A stretch of 63,871 nt of DNA, counting the filler, from Saprolegnia diclina VS20 (lineage: Eukaryota), in the NCBI RefSeq assembly GCF_000281045.1. It is 3 parts of 2 records of this genome, joined end to end, with 100 filler letters (N's around TTAATTAATTAA, not from the genome) between each part and the next. Parts side by side here need not be neighbours in the genome. Positions count along the whole stretch, not along the records: positions 25,940 to 50,407 come from NW_008246152.1; 2 more parts are not named here. One strand, 5' to 3'. The notes under the pieces are model-generated. The model searched no databases and was not told the DNA's origin. It worked only from the letters and a program-made list of their open reading frames with translations. Positions 35,933-48,676 of the stretch are shown here, piece after piece (positions within the stretch are counted from its first letter, which is position 1; each line of letters starts with the position of its first letter). The translations under genes and the position numbers were made by a program.

Positions 35933-37268
35933 TTACTTGAACGCAAGTCCTGCAAACGGGTCCCGACCGCCGGCCTGGGGCGCGCCGTAGCTCTGCCCAT
36001 ATTGCTGCTGCGGTGGCTGGCCATAGCCTTGCGCGGACCCGTTGTTGTAGCCGAAGCCAGTCGGTTGCGACGGGTATCCTTGGCCATACGGCGCCTGCGG
36101 TTGACCGTAGCCGGTGATCGGTTGACCATAGCCGGTGTGCGGTTGGCCGTAGCCGGCGTGGGGGTTGGCGACCATGGTTGGGGCCAAGAGCGAGCTGATG
36201 CTGTGGCCGCCTGACGGAGGTCCGGACATGGGTGCGTTCGAATACGCAGTCGGCATGCCTGCTGCGTTGAGCGACTGAGGAATCGCTGCTGCGAACGGGT
36301 CGGCGGCCGGCGCGCCTTGAAACGCCGACCAGTGGCCGCCATTGTTGGTGTTGGCGGAGGTCGTCGTACTGCTTGGTGCGTTGAAGAGCGACGGCGGCGT
36401 CGGCGTGAACGACGCCGTCGACGAGGATGACGACGGCGCCGCCGAAAACCCAAACGGATCGAACGACGACGTCGACGACGGGGCGGGTGCGAGAGGTGCC
36501 GAGAATGCATCGAACGTTGGCGACGCGACTTGGGGCTTGACCGGCGCCGAGAACGCTTCAAAGGAGGCCGGCGCGACCGGGGCCGAGAAGGCTTCGAACG
36601 AGGCTTCGAACGCCGGCGTCGTTGGCGGCGAAAAGCCAAGCAGGTCCGCGCCTACGAGATCACACTATGGCATCCTCGTCGAGTCGGTATGGGTACGTAC
36701 TGGGCGCTGCAGGTGCTTCCTTCACTTTCCGAGCCGACGACGAGGACGAGGACGATGCGGTCGACGATGGCGCTACTCATCAAGCTCATGGTCAGTCGAG
36801 ATACGACGAGTGTGAGTGCTACCTGGCGTACGGCTGGGCGCGCCCTCGGCGAAGAAGGCGCGGTCATTGTACACGGCGTTGATGAAGCGTTTGAAGACAT
36901 CGACGTGGTCCGACTCGGTCGGCTTGCGCATCGAGCGGCCGTCTTCGTAGGCGCCGAGCCACGTCCGGCGCGCGACGGCGTTGCCGCCGCCGTTCTCTTC
37001 CTTGAGCGCATCGACTTCGTCTTTCGTCCAATTGGACATGGTCACGCTCTAATCATCATGCTGCTCGTCATGGCATTGACAAGGCGACGGTCATGCGTAC
37101 TTTGACGCGGTGGCTGTAGCTCTGGTGCGCGCTCTTGCAGTTGTTGCAGACAAAGGTCTTGAACTTTTCGCAGATGTTCGAGTGGCCAAACTTGGCGAGC
37201 GCGTCGCAGTTGGCGCAGGCCTTGTTGGCCTCGAGCTTCCGGATCGTGTTGAGTTGCGCTTCGGCCAT
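35933..37268 (-). CDS. ArfGAP-domain protein (AGFG/AGD14-like) with FxxF/DPF-rich disordered tail
   Basis: NKACANC...TFVCNNCKSAHQSYSHRVKSVTMSNWT..EV...GGN..AR..W; tail with FEAF, DPF motifs and GYGQP repeats. Confidence 0.9.
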
Positions 37269-38036
37269 CTCGGTGCTTGGACGCGACTCTAAATATGGGG
37301 CCACCGACGGCCGCCCCGCCAGACGCGCCGATGCCATTGGCCAATATGTTGGCGCCGATAAAAATATGCACCAATCAACATCGGCGTGAGGAATTACACG
37401 CGTTCTTTGACGGGCATTGCTTACGTGGCTTAATCGTGGCATGTGGCCGCTTATTTCTGGTGCGCGCCAAAAGTAAGCGCCAGCACCAGTCGTATCAGAC
37501 GCGCGCACATTTGAGACGTGGACATCGCGGAGGTGCTCAGCTTAAGAGGAGCGACGCTTGCTACCGGTACTATATATATTGGCCGTTTACAGGAAGGTGA
37601 GCGCGAGATTCATTACGCCATTTTGAAATGGAGGGTGTATTATACAGCTGCTATTTTCACTGTTTAAAACAGAATATTACACACCGCGTTGAAAACCATA
37701 TGGCTCTTGTTTTGTATGGGTGTGAAAGCAATCTCACCAGTGTAAAATACGTCGGAAACGTGTTGATTTCAAGGTCGCCCAGTTGCGTGCGAATAGAAAC
37801 AACGGGTACTCTGTGCAGCGACAGCGTCAATCATAGTATTGCGGCCGACGGTCTTCAATCTCTGGTCCTGTCTCTGCTCTGGCATCAGTGCCCATCTTGG
37901 CTCGATGAAGGCACTCCAACGCACCGAACTGTAGCGTTGAGCTTGCATGCCCGAGGCCAATTGGTGGCGTGCGTTTAGCCAATGCTTTTCCGGCGGTATC
38001 CGGACACGACCAACACCAGCAACCCCAGCATCGACC

Positions 38037-39940
38037 ATGCTCCTCGCGGCCGCGGCCGGGAACGCCGTCAGCATCTTCGACGTCGAGGGCGGCAACCTGC
38101 GCGAGGGCCGCAAGATCAGCAGCGCGAGCGAGACGACGGCGACCTGCGCGGTCTGGAACCACAACAGTACGGTGGCCTCATGGCTCCTCCACCATGCTCA
38201 TGCTGCGTGCAGATCGTATCCTGGCGAGCGCGTTCGCCAACGGCCTTCTCTCGATCAACACGCTCACCGCGCGCGAGCCGTCGTTGTGCAATCTGCAGGA
38301 AGGCTCGTCGCCCGACAAGGTACACTCATCGAATTGCCTCTGGATCCGCGGCTCATGCAATGGCCAGCGCATCAACGCCGTCCAGTTCAGCGCCGGGTCC
38401 CGCTACCTCATTAGCGGCGGCGCCGACCGCGTCGTCCGCGTACGTTCTCTTGCACTCTCGTCTACGGCGCGACTCTCGTGTTTGCTAGTTTTGGGACCTC
38501 AAGCACCAGCAGCTCAAGCACGTCTTCCCCGAGTGCTCCAGCTCGATCCAGACGCTCGCGTTTACAGGCCAGAGCGACGAACACGTCGTCGCCGGCAGCG
38601 AAGCGTAGGCGGCTGCCTCGCTACACCTCGTCTGATGCATCTATGTAGTGGCGTCGTGTACCTGTACACGCAGAATGGCATGCAGTCGAACGTCCTGCAA
38701 GTCGACGGCGAGGTCGCGTGCTTTGCCGTAACATGGCAAACTTAGCTTTGGGTAGACATCGCCGGTTCAATTCCTCCAGTCGTCACCACACCCGTTTGTC
38801 CGCGACAAGGTCGGCGCCGTCTACGGCTCGGGGTCGCTGCGGGTCTGGGATGCAGCGACCGCGTCGGTCATCTCGAGCTTTGAGCATCTCGTACGCACGC
38901 ATGCTTTCCTTATGGTCAGGATGCATACATGCGTAGCACTGGGCGCCAGCGACGTCGCTCGCCTTCTCACCTGTGAGCAAGAACCTGGTTGCGACTGCAG
39001 GCCTCGACAAGCGCATCGTGTTTTGCGATATTGCCCAGAAAAAGTACACCATTGTCGATAATGACACATACATCGACGATGCTAGGGAAATGAACTGCCT
39101 CGAAGGACCGTACCCGATCACGTCCATCTCGCTCTACTCGAACGGCCACTCGCTCGCGACGGGCACGTCGACAGGTCCACTTCGATCCTCGCCGACCGCC
39201 ATGATTTTTTATCGATTTTATCATATTGTAGGGCATATTCTGCTGTACGACATGCGTCGGACGGCCAAACCGCTCTCTGTGCATGTGATCGACGCGCAAA
39301 AGCCCGAGAGTGTCAACTTTCTTCAGTTTGGGTCGTCCCTTGACAAGGTCCCCGCTTCGAACCTCGCAAGCCGCGTTTTTTTTTTACATTTTCAATCGCC
39401 GTAGGTGCGCAGCATGGACGATCCGTACAGTCGACCCAAGATGAAGAAACATCATTCGTTCAGTATGCAGGGCATGCAGTCGTCGCTCCAGCACCTCGCG
39501 ACACCCAAGGAGCTCAGCACTTCGTCGTCACTGCCGTCGTCGCCCCTCGTGCCACCGGTGCGACGTGTTCCTACCTCGTCGTCGTCAACGTTTCGTGTAC
39601 GGTAGGTCTTGTCGGACGCGCGGCCCACCACCAACCAAAGCCATGACCATGCGCCGTCGACCAAGCTTGATACATCGACGCAGCAGTGGCTGCAGCGCGA
39701 GCTCGAGACGATGAAGCAAGCGCTCTCGGACGAGATTGCCAATGTGCATCTGGAGGTGCTTCGGCAGCACCAGGCCCAGCAGGTACTTGTCGCCTCTTGC
39801 AGCCAGAGACATCCCATGTCTTCGTAATGTAGACGGAGATGACCAAGGCGCTCCAGGATGTCACCAAGCAGCTCCAAGCCATCATCGCAGAAAACAAACG
39901 TCTGCACGATGAGAACGACCGACTACGCAATGTGTTTTAA
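38037..39940 (+). CDS. NEDD1: NEDD1/GCP-WD gamma-tubulin ring complex targeting factor, multi-exon
   Basis: WD40 repeats (RYLISGGADRVVR, FSPVSKNLVATAGLDKRI, LATGTSTGHILLYDMR); C-terminal EIANVHLEVLRQ...ENKRLHDENDRLR helix. Confidence 0.9.
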
Positions 39941-39988
39941 TTGTGCTAAAAACAAAAACTACGAGTTGTTCGAGGATCGAAGTACCGA

Positions 39989-40941
39989 CTAGATGTACAA
40001 GCTCTCAAACGACTTGGTCGTGGCGTCGTCAACGCGCTTGGTACTGGTGACCGACATGAGCCCGAGGTGCGTCTGGAGCGGACCAAAGCAGCGCGTCGAC
40101 TCGAGCAGCGATGTGGTCGGGTGCTGGAGCGAGACAAACACGGCGGCGCGCCGACGGCGAAGGGTGCACTAGAAACAGCGTTACTGCATATGACGACAAG
40201 AGAGCGAGAAGCGTACGTGGGTCAGGAGCGCGGCAGGAATGCCCGTCACGAAGCGCGGCGCCGACAGCATGGGCACGTCCTGTGCATCTTGGTGATGCTC
40301 CGACATTGAATCGAGATGCGTACCGAGAGAGGCGACGACGACGACGAGGCGAGTTGGTAGAGTACGCAGCCGTCGTGCAAGGTAGCGTCGTACGTGACCG
40401 ACATGAGCGCGCTCAACGACACGACCTCCTGCGGCGCGACGTGGGCAAAGAGCGCATCGACAAACGTCCACACGTCGTGCTCGGCGACCTCGAGCGGCGC
40501 GAGGAGCAGCAGCGTCTCGGGCGTGAGAGCCAATAGCGCGCAGACCGCGGCGGGCCCAGCGCCAAAGGTGGTGTGCGCCTACGGAGGATGCTGTTGGTGC
40601 GTGACGACGATGCAAGAGGCCTGTACAATCGGCGTCGTTGAGAGAACGAGCGTGCCAAGCACGGGCGCGTCCTGCGAGATGGTCTTGCCGAACGCTGTGG
40701 CCTCGGCGCCGGTCGCAACGATCAAGCGCGCTGGCGTCAAGCAGGTTTCGCTGCGGCGCGCGAGGTCCGCTCGCACGCTCGGACTCCACTACGCCAGAAT
40801 GATGCATGAGGATGGGTGGGCAGGCAGCTCGCGTACGCGGAAGATGGCGTCGGCCAGCGTCGGCGCGGGCGCTTCCTCGTCGTCGATGAACGTGCGCGAG
40901 TGGAAGTCGGCTTCTTCGGGGTACCGGAGCTGGAGTGCCAT
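39989..40941 (-). CDS. PSMG1: Proteasome assembly chaperone 1 (PAC1)-like, multi-exon
   Basis: N-terminus MALQLRYPEEADFHSRTFIDDEE; PRFVTGIPAALLTHC; C-terminal HbYX motif SLYI*. Confidence 0.7.
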
Positions 40942-41291
40942 GCTGCGGCTTGTGTGCTTTTGACCTTGCGGAAATTGTATTCACAAAAGGGGGTGTTTGT
41001 GCCACCCCTTGTATTTAATTTCTGAGAGTTGGTCGTTTTCATTTGCTGTGCTTGCGTCCAGTAGAGAATCCACGTACGTTGGCTGCTGCAAACCCTTGAG
41101 CCTATACCTCCATCGTCGATGCGCTGCGTCTATAGCAGTTATATGCGCTCGTTGCGGCCCATGCGATGGCATTTGAGATCTCATTTCGAAAGTGGGGTCG
41201 CGCGACCACCCCTTTAGGTGAACGGTAATATCCGGATGTCCGGATACGACTGCACTTGCGTTCGCGTCCTCATCCTGCCGGCCGGATCCCG

Positions 41292-44200
41292 ATGGAGCGA
41301 GCAGCGATCTTTGGCGGAGACGACGACGTCGCCGGCGCGTCGCCCATGAAGGACGAGGCCATGGGCGTCGTCTGGAAGGAGTCGCCAAGCGACAAGAAGC
41401 TCAAGCCCAGCGGCGCCAGCAACCCGCAGGTCAACGCGACCGAGCTGCAAGGCTTTGTCACGAGCTTGATCACGAGCCCGTCGCCCAACAAAAAGAGCCA
41501 AACCTCCAAGCTCAAGTTCAAGAAGAAGATCGTAGGCGCACCCGATGGCATCACACGCCATATCGCGTTCAGCCCGGACAAGCATCTCCGACCTCCGACC
41601 GTGCCCATTACGTCGCCCCCAGCCCGCTCGAAGCGGCGCAAGACAGGCGGCGGCGACGAAGACCAGAACCTGCTCTCGATACTGCAAAAGATGGACGATG
41701 CGTACGCCGACTCGCCCGAGAAGGGCCCGCCGACGACGCTTCCCGCACCCGCCCCTGCCGAGCCACCGGCGACGACCAGTACCATGCCCGATGTGGACAT
41801 GGACGACGAGGAGTTTACCGAAGAAGCATGGGGCATCCTGGAAGAGATGGAGATCCAGGCCACGCAGCAGATGCTCGAGCGCGACCAGAAAGCGCAGGCG
41901 CGACCACTGGATGCCAGCCCCATGGGTCCGTCCCGTATCGTCGAGCCGCGCTCTGGGATGAGCCCCGCGGTCGTACCACGCAACCCACTGCATCAAGTCA
42001 TGCGCCCGCCCACGACGACGCCTGCCATGCCTGCGATGCCCGCTCACAGCGTACAGCGACACGTACAAGACGGTCCAGGTCGAGATCCAGCACGTCCTGT
42101 GGCGCCCGATACGGCGACAACGACCGCGCCACCAGCGCCCGTGACGCCAGTGCGCGCCAAGCCCACAGACTACATTCGGCTCGTCGCGCTTGAAGCCCAT
42201 ACGGACCATGCGCAGCGCAAGCTGCTGCTTCGCGCCATCGACGACGACGCTATCGTGCACGACGTCGTCTTGGCCGACGACTGGTATGGCACGCCGCTCG
42301 TCATCGGCGATACGTTCAATTTCATCTGGACAACGCCACGTACGTCGTCATCCCTCATTGCGAGCAACGCCGCCCATCTCGTGATCGTGCACCCCGATAT
42401 CCTCGTACACACTAACCAACCTATCCAAGTATCCATGTATCCGAGTAGGTGTCGCCGACCGCCGTGACGTCGAGTCTCCGCTGCGGTCGCATGGCGGTGC
42501 TCCAGCAGACGCTCTCGATGAACCAGCCGTCGGGTGCAAAGGCGCTTGTGGGTACGATGAAGCACGACCTCTTTGAACGCGCGCTGCAGTCGGGCTACCA
42601 TTCGATCCCGTACCTCATTGAGCAAAGCCAAAGCATCATCCAAGACAGGTCTATTGTATCAAGAACGTATCAACTTGATCATTTGCAACATGTAGTCTGC
42701 TCAAGTGCTTGGAGTCGGGCATCACCGAGACCCAAGCGGCCGAAGAAATGAGGTCGTCGTTCCAGAGCATGCACGTCTGGCTGCAAAAGCTCCACACGTC
42801 CGGCGTCGTTGTCGGCAACGCGACGCTGCGTCTCGAGGCGGTTCTTGCCACGGAGGAGCCGCTGTGGTCAATCAAATATGGTCTTAAAGGCGCGGTGGAC
42901 GCGACAATCCGTGTGCTCCAGAACGGCACGCGCAAGACCATCGTACCGCTCGAGCTCAAGACCGGCAAGAAGGCGTATGCGCTCGCCGAGCACCACGGCC
43001 AAGTCCTCTTGTACTCGCTCCTTCTCGAAGAGCGGTACCGAGGTAGCGTCGGATTTTATTGATTTATTTGTTGCTCATGGAGTTTGAACCTGAGTAGAGT
43101 GCTCGGAGGGTCTCCTCTTATACCTGCTCGAGACCGAGTCGCTGTTAATTGCACGCGAGATGCCGATCGCCCGTGCGCTGCTCCAAGCACGGAATCAGCA
43201 CGCCGCCAATATGGCCAAGTACCAAGGCGAGAGCGTGTACCCGCCCATGCTCCGCCAGCCGCGCGACTGCGGCTTTTGCTTCTCGGCGGCCGAGTGCATG
43301 CTTCACCACGCGTCCGAAGAGATGGGCACGGCGGCGACCAGGTTTTTTCTTGCTTGATTTGTTTGTATCAATGTATCAATTCTAGTGGCGCCGTCGATGT
43401 GTTTGCCAAGCACACGACCCACTTGCTACAAGACGAGCGCGCGTACTTTGCCACGTGGAATCGGCTCGTGGACCTCGAGTTCCGGTCGAGCCAAACCGCA
43501 GTCCAGCAGCTCTGGCTCAACTCGAACGACGACCGTGCTGCGAATGGCTCGTGCTTGCTGCACTTGAGCCTCGCGAACGTGACGCCCAAGACGCTCCGGC
43601 TGCGATCTCGGACACTACTGGCCTCGACCGATCTCAAGTTTCACGTCGACGATCGCGTCATTTTGAGCTGCGAGTCGGACGCCGCTCTGCTTCTCCATAC
43701 AGCCAAAGGACGCATCACAGGTACTAAGTTCAACGAAATGGCCAAAGAAATGACTATATGGCCATGATGTACACTAGCGTTGCTTGACCAAGACATTGAA
43801 ATCGCCTTGTTTGCGCCGATCTCACGCGCCGTGCTGCAAGGCGACTCGGTCGTGGGCGCGCACCCGCACTGGCGCATGGACAAGGACATGGTGTCGTGGG
43901 GCCTCTTGCAAGCCAAGCGCAACCTCGCGCAGCTCTTTGTCGGCCCGTCGCCGCACGGTATCTCGGCCGGCGTCCATCCGACCCGCTTCCTTCGACCACC
44001 CCTCGATCCCGAGACCGACAAGTGCGGCGACGACGTCCGGCGCAAGTTGATTTGCCGCCTTGAACCGCCTCGGTTTCTAGCCCCTACGACGACGCTGGGC
44101 ATGCTCCAAGCCCATGCGATCGCGCATCCGACAAGCCCGCGCTACGAAGCCCTCTACAACGACTTCTTACGCATGAACCCCGACCAGCAGCGTGCGATTG

Positions 44201-45764
44201 AAAAGGTGTGAACGCGTCGTTTCGATTTGGTTTCTCAAGCAAGAGGCTAGGTGCTCCATGCCAAGGACTATGCGTTGATCCTCGGCATGCCGGGCACAGG
44301 CAAGACGTCGGCGATCACCATGTGTGTGCGTCTCTTGCTGCACTTGGGCTTTTCGGTGCTCGTGACGAGCTATACGCACTCGGCCGTCGATACGCTACTG
44401 CTGAAATTGCTCGAGTTCAACGTGCCAATGCTCCGCGTCGGCTCGAAAGACCAAGTGCACGCAAGGCTACAGCCTCACTTGCTCTCGACTGTGTGCCACC
44501 CGCTGCGAACGACCGCGGCGATTGAGACTGTCATGGTGAATGCGACACTCGTCGGCTGCACGTGCCTTGGCACCAACCATGTGCTCTTTTCGAAGCGGCG
44601 CTTTGACTATTGCATCGTCGACGAAGCGTCGCAGATCACGCAGCCCGTGCTGCTGGGTGCACTGCGGTGCGCCGATACGTTTTGCTTGGTGGGCGACCAC
44701 TACCAGGTACACGGTGTTTCCTGTCGTGGGTAGGGTAATATGGTGGAAGGATGTAGTTGCCGCCACTGGTGACGGCGCTCAAGGCGAAATTGGGCGGACT
44801 CGACGTAAGTCTCTTTAAACGCTTGGGCGAGGCCCACCCGAGTGCAAGCGTCCAGCTCGGGTACCAGTACCGCATGCATCCGGATATCATGCTGCTCTGC
44901 AACGACCTTATCTACAACCACCAACTCAAGTGCGGCGAGACGAGTGCGCATATCGCGCCGTGGGAGCTGTCGCCGCTACCGCTACCGCATTGGCTGAGCC
45001 ATGTGCTCTCGCCGAGCGTCAGCGTAGTGTTTTTAGACACGGATGCCTTGGGCTTGCACGAATCCCGGCAGTCGAAAGGCATCGTCAACCCCGTGGAAGC
45101 CAGCGCAGTGCTCCAGGTCGTCCGTGCGCTGCAGCAAGCGGGCGCCATAGACATTGGTGTGCTCTCTCCGTTCCGGTCCCAAGTCCACTACCTCCAGACA
45201 CACCACCACGGCCCGCCCGTCGAGGTATCGCAGCATCTTTCAAGCTGCTACTCGGTGTTGATAGATTGATACTAATTAGATTTCAACCATCGACAAGTAC
45301 CAAGGCCGGGATAAAGATGCGATCATCGTGTCGTTTGTCCGCTCGAATGCGACACCGACGGTACGCATGCAAAAGTTTCAATGTATCAGCAGACGAGACC
45401 ATGGTAGGTTGGCGAGCTGCTTTTGGACTGGCGGCGCATCAATGTAGCGCTGACGCGCGCCAAGAAGAAACTCGTGCTCGTCGGGTCACCGTCGACGCTC
45501 GCAGGAAGCCCTGTGCTGCGGTCGCTCCTGGAGCTTGTGCAGAGGCAGCAGTGGGTGCTGCCATTGCCCGCGGCTGCAACCAATGTGCCCATGCTCCCAC
45601 TATCAACGACCGACGTGTCTGGCGGTGCACAGCGCGTGTACGTCCACGCCCCGGTGGACGCAGGTGCGATCGAAGGCCTGGCCATCAACGAGTTGCCGCG
45701 ACGCGCGCCGCTGCGGCCGCATATGCCCGTGTCCCGCAACATTTTGGACGAAACCATGGGCTAA
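41292..45764 (+). CDS. DNA2: DNA replication nuclease/helicase DNA2, multi-exon
   Basis: IVHPDIL, SPT..C.R, GTMKH, WSIKYGLKGAVD, ELKTG, HHGQVLLY, Fe-S CGFC..EC, GMPGTGKT, DEASQ, VGDHYQLPP, QYRM, TIDKYQG, RRINVALTRAK. Confidence 0.96.
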
Positions 45765-47607
45765 GGACATGTGTATGCGATAGAGTAGATGCGTAGTAGA
45801 GTAAGCAGCATTGGTGAAGTAGAAAATGCTAGTTAAAGCACTGTACATATTGTCGTCGAGAGGACGGAGCGTGCTGCTAAGGGACACGATCTTGATTTGA
45901 TACCGGTATGTCGCCTCTCGCTCGATGTGGACGGTATCAGGTCGAGCGGCAACTTCAACTCGCAAGAAGATTTGGCACGTTGGTCAAACTAGAATTGGAT
46001 CTGGACGCGTCTCGTGGATCTGGTTGGGAAACTGCGATAGCAACAGAGTTGTCGACTTTGTCGCACCAAGTAGCAGCCCAATGACCAAGGAAGTGTTTTG
46101 CTGGGGTGGGGTCTGGTCGTCGCAAAGGCGGCGCGTCGCCACACAGTGGGACGAGATGCAATCGAGGTGCGCGGCCATAAATATGCATACGAAAGCCGAG
46201 TGTAGCGTCTCTTCAACAAGTGCTCGACAGGGTTACTGCGTCGTACGGTGCGTCCAAGGGGCACTGAGAGACACCTGAGCACGCTTATGGGCATCGTGGC
46301 GTCTTACGCAGCTCCTTCTGTTGTTGTTGATTCTTTGCGGGTGTCTAGTCGCTGGTCGTCGCCAGGAGATGGCCACGGGGCCAAAGACCAAACGGGTTGT
46401 CGGCTCTCTGCATCGAAATTGCATTTTAACCAATTGTTGCTCGATTACACATTGTGCGGCTGTGGATTGGGTACAAAAGATTCAATATGCAACCAATCCG
46501 TGACTTGGATACGGAATCGCGCCTCGGGATTGGTGGAATATCCATGTTGCCGCAACCGCTACGATCCAGATCTGATTGCCCGCGGCGATGGCGGTTCTTG
46601 AAGGTAGCAGCTGGCTTGCCACTTCTGCTCCTGCCGCCTCGACTGCCCACCACACGCCTCTATCATGTCGGACAACCTCGCCAACGCCTCCCTACCGCTG
46701 CCTCTCGTCCTCCTCCTGGACGTAGCGTCGCAGCTCGCGTCGGCCGTCGCCTTGGTGCTTATCTGCATCATGGCCATCAACGCACCGATCATTGCCGTCT
46801 TATGTTTTGTCGGCCTCTCGATTGCCAGTGCGCTCTGCGACCCCGAGACGACCTCTTTGGCGGTTGCGGCGCTCGAGCGCCTCTTGCATACCCAAGCGCC
46901 GCTACTGCAACTGCTCTGAAGCGACCTCCTCGCTGCGGACTCTTATTTATCTCATCCTTCGCGACTTGCTAATATACATATAATACGTATAACCCTCATA
47001 TGACGGACAATGCACGGCTTCGAACCCAACGACAAGAAAGCTACGCGTTTGTGCTGTAAACGTCTAGCCAATATCGACTTGCTCATGTGTGCCAGTCGGA
47101 TTGATTGACCAGTGATCCAGACAATCTCATTATCAAAAAGCCAAAGAATTGCTCAAGTCCCACCGCGTACAATTACAGGAGACGCTTGGAAGAGCTCTGC
47201 CCATGTCCTTGCCATTTCGACTCTCATACCCTCGAATGAGATCAACGGTTTAGAACCATCGCCGTCGCCTCTGCGCTTGTACAATGAGGTGGCATCTGCG
47301 TGGCGCACGGAACGCGCCAGGTTCATACATGTAGCTGGTTAATCCATCAGCAACAATGAGTCGCCAGAACCCTATACACACCGAGCAATGCAGGGCAGTC
47401 GCAAAGCCGAGTACCGTCGTTTGGAGACGCCACGAAAGAACGTTCTAGCCACCGGATCGAGTCGAGTTTAGCCGAAGCCGCAAGCGCTTAGCTCAAGGTG
47501 GAGCGTCTCGCCCACATCGCGCTTCGTTCGCAACGGCCAAGATGTTGCTATAGCAGTCGAGATGCGGTCCATAATGCAGAATGGTGGTGTATTGAAGAAT
47601 AGGGTGT

Positions 47608-48498
47608 TTACGCGGCCTTGGCCTTCATCTTCTTGACGTCGTCGAGGGGGCCGGTGCCCGTGAACGGACTCGGTTCGCGGTACGAGCCACCAAGATGGTC
47701 CCAGAGCGTAAAATATTGGCCATAGTTGACCGTAAAAAACAAGTGGTGGTCCGTGTGGTGCGCGGCGCCGTTGACGATCTTCTCAAACCACCACGGCATC
47801 TTGTCCATGACAAAGTCACCGTCATGGATCGAGATGGTCCAAAAGTTGACAAGCACAAAGAGGCCCAGATACACGACTAGAATGTGTGCAATGTGAGAAA
47901 TCCAGATAGCACAAGATCTGGTCGACATACCTTTTTGAAGCGGCATCAGAAAGATGAAAATGTGGTACGGCGTCGACTGGAGAAAGCCGTCGAGCGGGTC
48001 GAACGCATGGCTCGCAAACGGCGACGGCACGAGCCACTTGTGGTGCAGCTTGTGGACGTGCTTGTAGATGAGCGGGTGGTGCAGCCAGCGGTGGATCCAG
48101 TAGATGGCCATGTCGTTGAACATCATAAAACAAAAGATGCTGAATGCAAGGTACGGGTAACCATACTCGTCGAGGTCGTCGTAGAGGAAGCTGTAGCCGC
48201 GCACTTCGGCGAGGAAGACGGGCAGCGTCAATAGCGTCATGACCGGAATCGCCGAGCACGACACCTTCATCTCGAGCCAGATCTGATTTTTCAGAAACTT
48301 GGGGTGCTTCATGTACTCCTTGTCGTACACAAAGTGGTAGCTCAGCGTCGCAAAGCTTAGGTAGAGGACGTAGCCGCCGAGCATCGTGATGAAGAAGAGC
48401 GAGATGGCTTGGCGGTAGACGTCGTCGGCCGGCCATGACGCCGGGTACACGTGCGGCGTGAGGACGTACTCGTCCGCGGCCGCGAGCACCAAGTCCAT
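47608..48498 (-). CDS. ERG3: Sterol C5(6)-desaturase (lathosterol oxidase), intron 47877-47930
   Basis: His boxes HRWLH, HKLHH, HTDHH; KHPKFLKNQ, PFASHAF.PLDG, NFWTISIHDG, NYGQYFTLWD. Confidence 0.96.
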   Translation of the reverse strand: MDLVLAAADEYVLTPHVYPASWPADDVYRQAISLFFITMLGGYVLYLSFATLSYHFVYDKEYMKHPKFLKNQIWLEMKVSCSAIPVMTLLTLPVFLAEVRGYSFLYDDLDEYGYPYLAFSIFCFMMFNDMAIYWIHRWLHHPLIYKHVHKLHHKWLVPSPFASHAFDPLDGFLQSTPYHIFIFLMPLQKGMSTRSCAIWISHIAHILVVYLGLFVLVNFWTISIHDGDFVMDKMPWWFEKIVNGAAHHTDHHLFFTVNYGQYFTLWDHLGGSYREPSPFTGTGPLDDVKKMKAKAA

Positions 48499-48588
48499 AT
48501 TGCTGCTGCTGGAATATCGACAAGTGAGGAAGGCGTCGAAGGACCTCAGCAGATGTAAACACTGCCGATTACTGGCGCTGCCTTTCTA

Positions 48589-48676
48589 CCAATCACAAGC
48601 ATTCGCGTTGGAATTATAGCCAATCCACGACGCGTATTGGAACGCCCGTCCAAAACGATCTGGCTTTTTGACCAAT
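48589..48676. promoter_or_regulatory. Four CCAAT/ATTGG boxes upstream of ERG3
   Basis: CCAAT at 48589, 48620 and 48672; ATTGG at 48636. Confidence 0.5.

Noticed and set aside
47000..47080. GGTTCGAAGCC B-box-like motif on the minus strand (tRNA or SINE?)
   Set aside because: No acceptor stem or anticodon arm could be folded.
47484..47540. TAGCTCAAGGTGGAGCG resembling a tRNA D-arm
   Set aside because: No properly placed T-arm or acceptor pairing follows.
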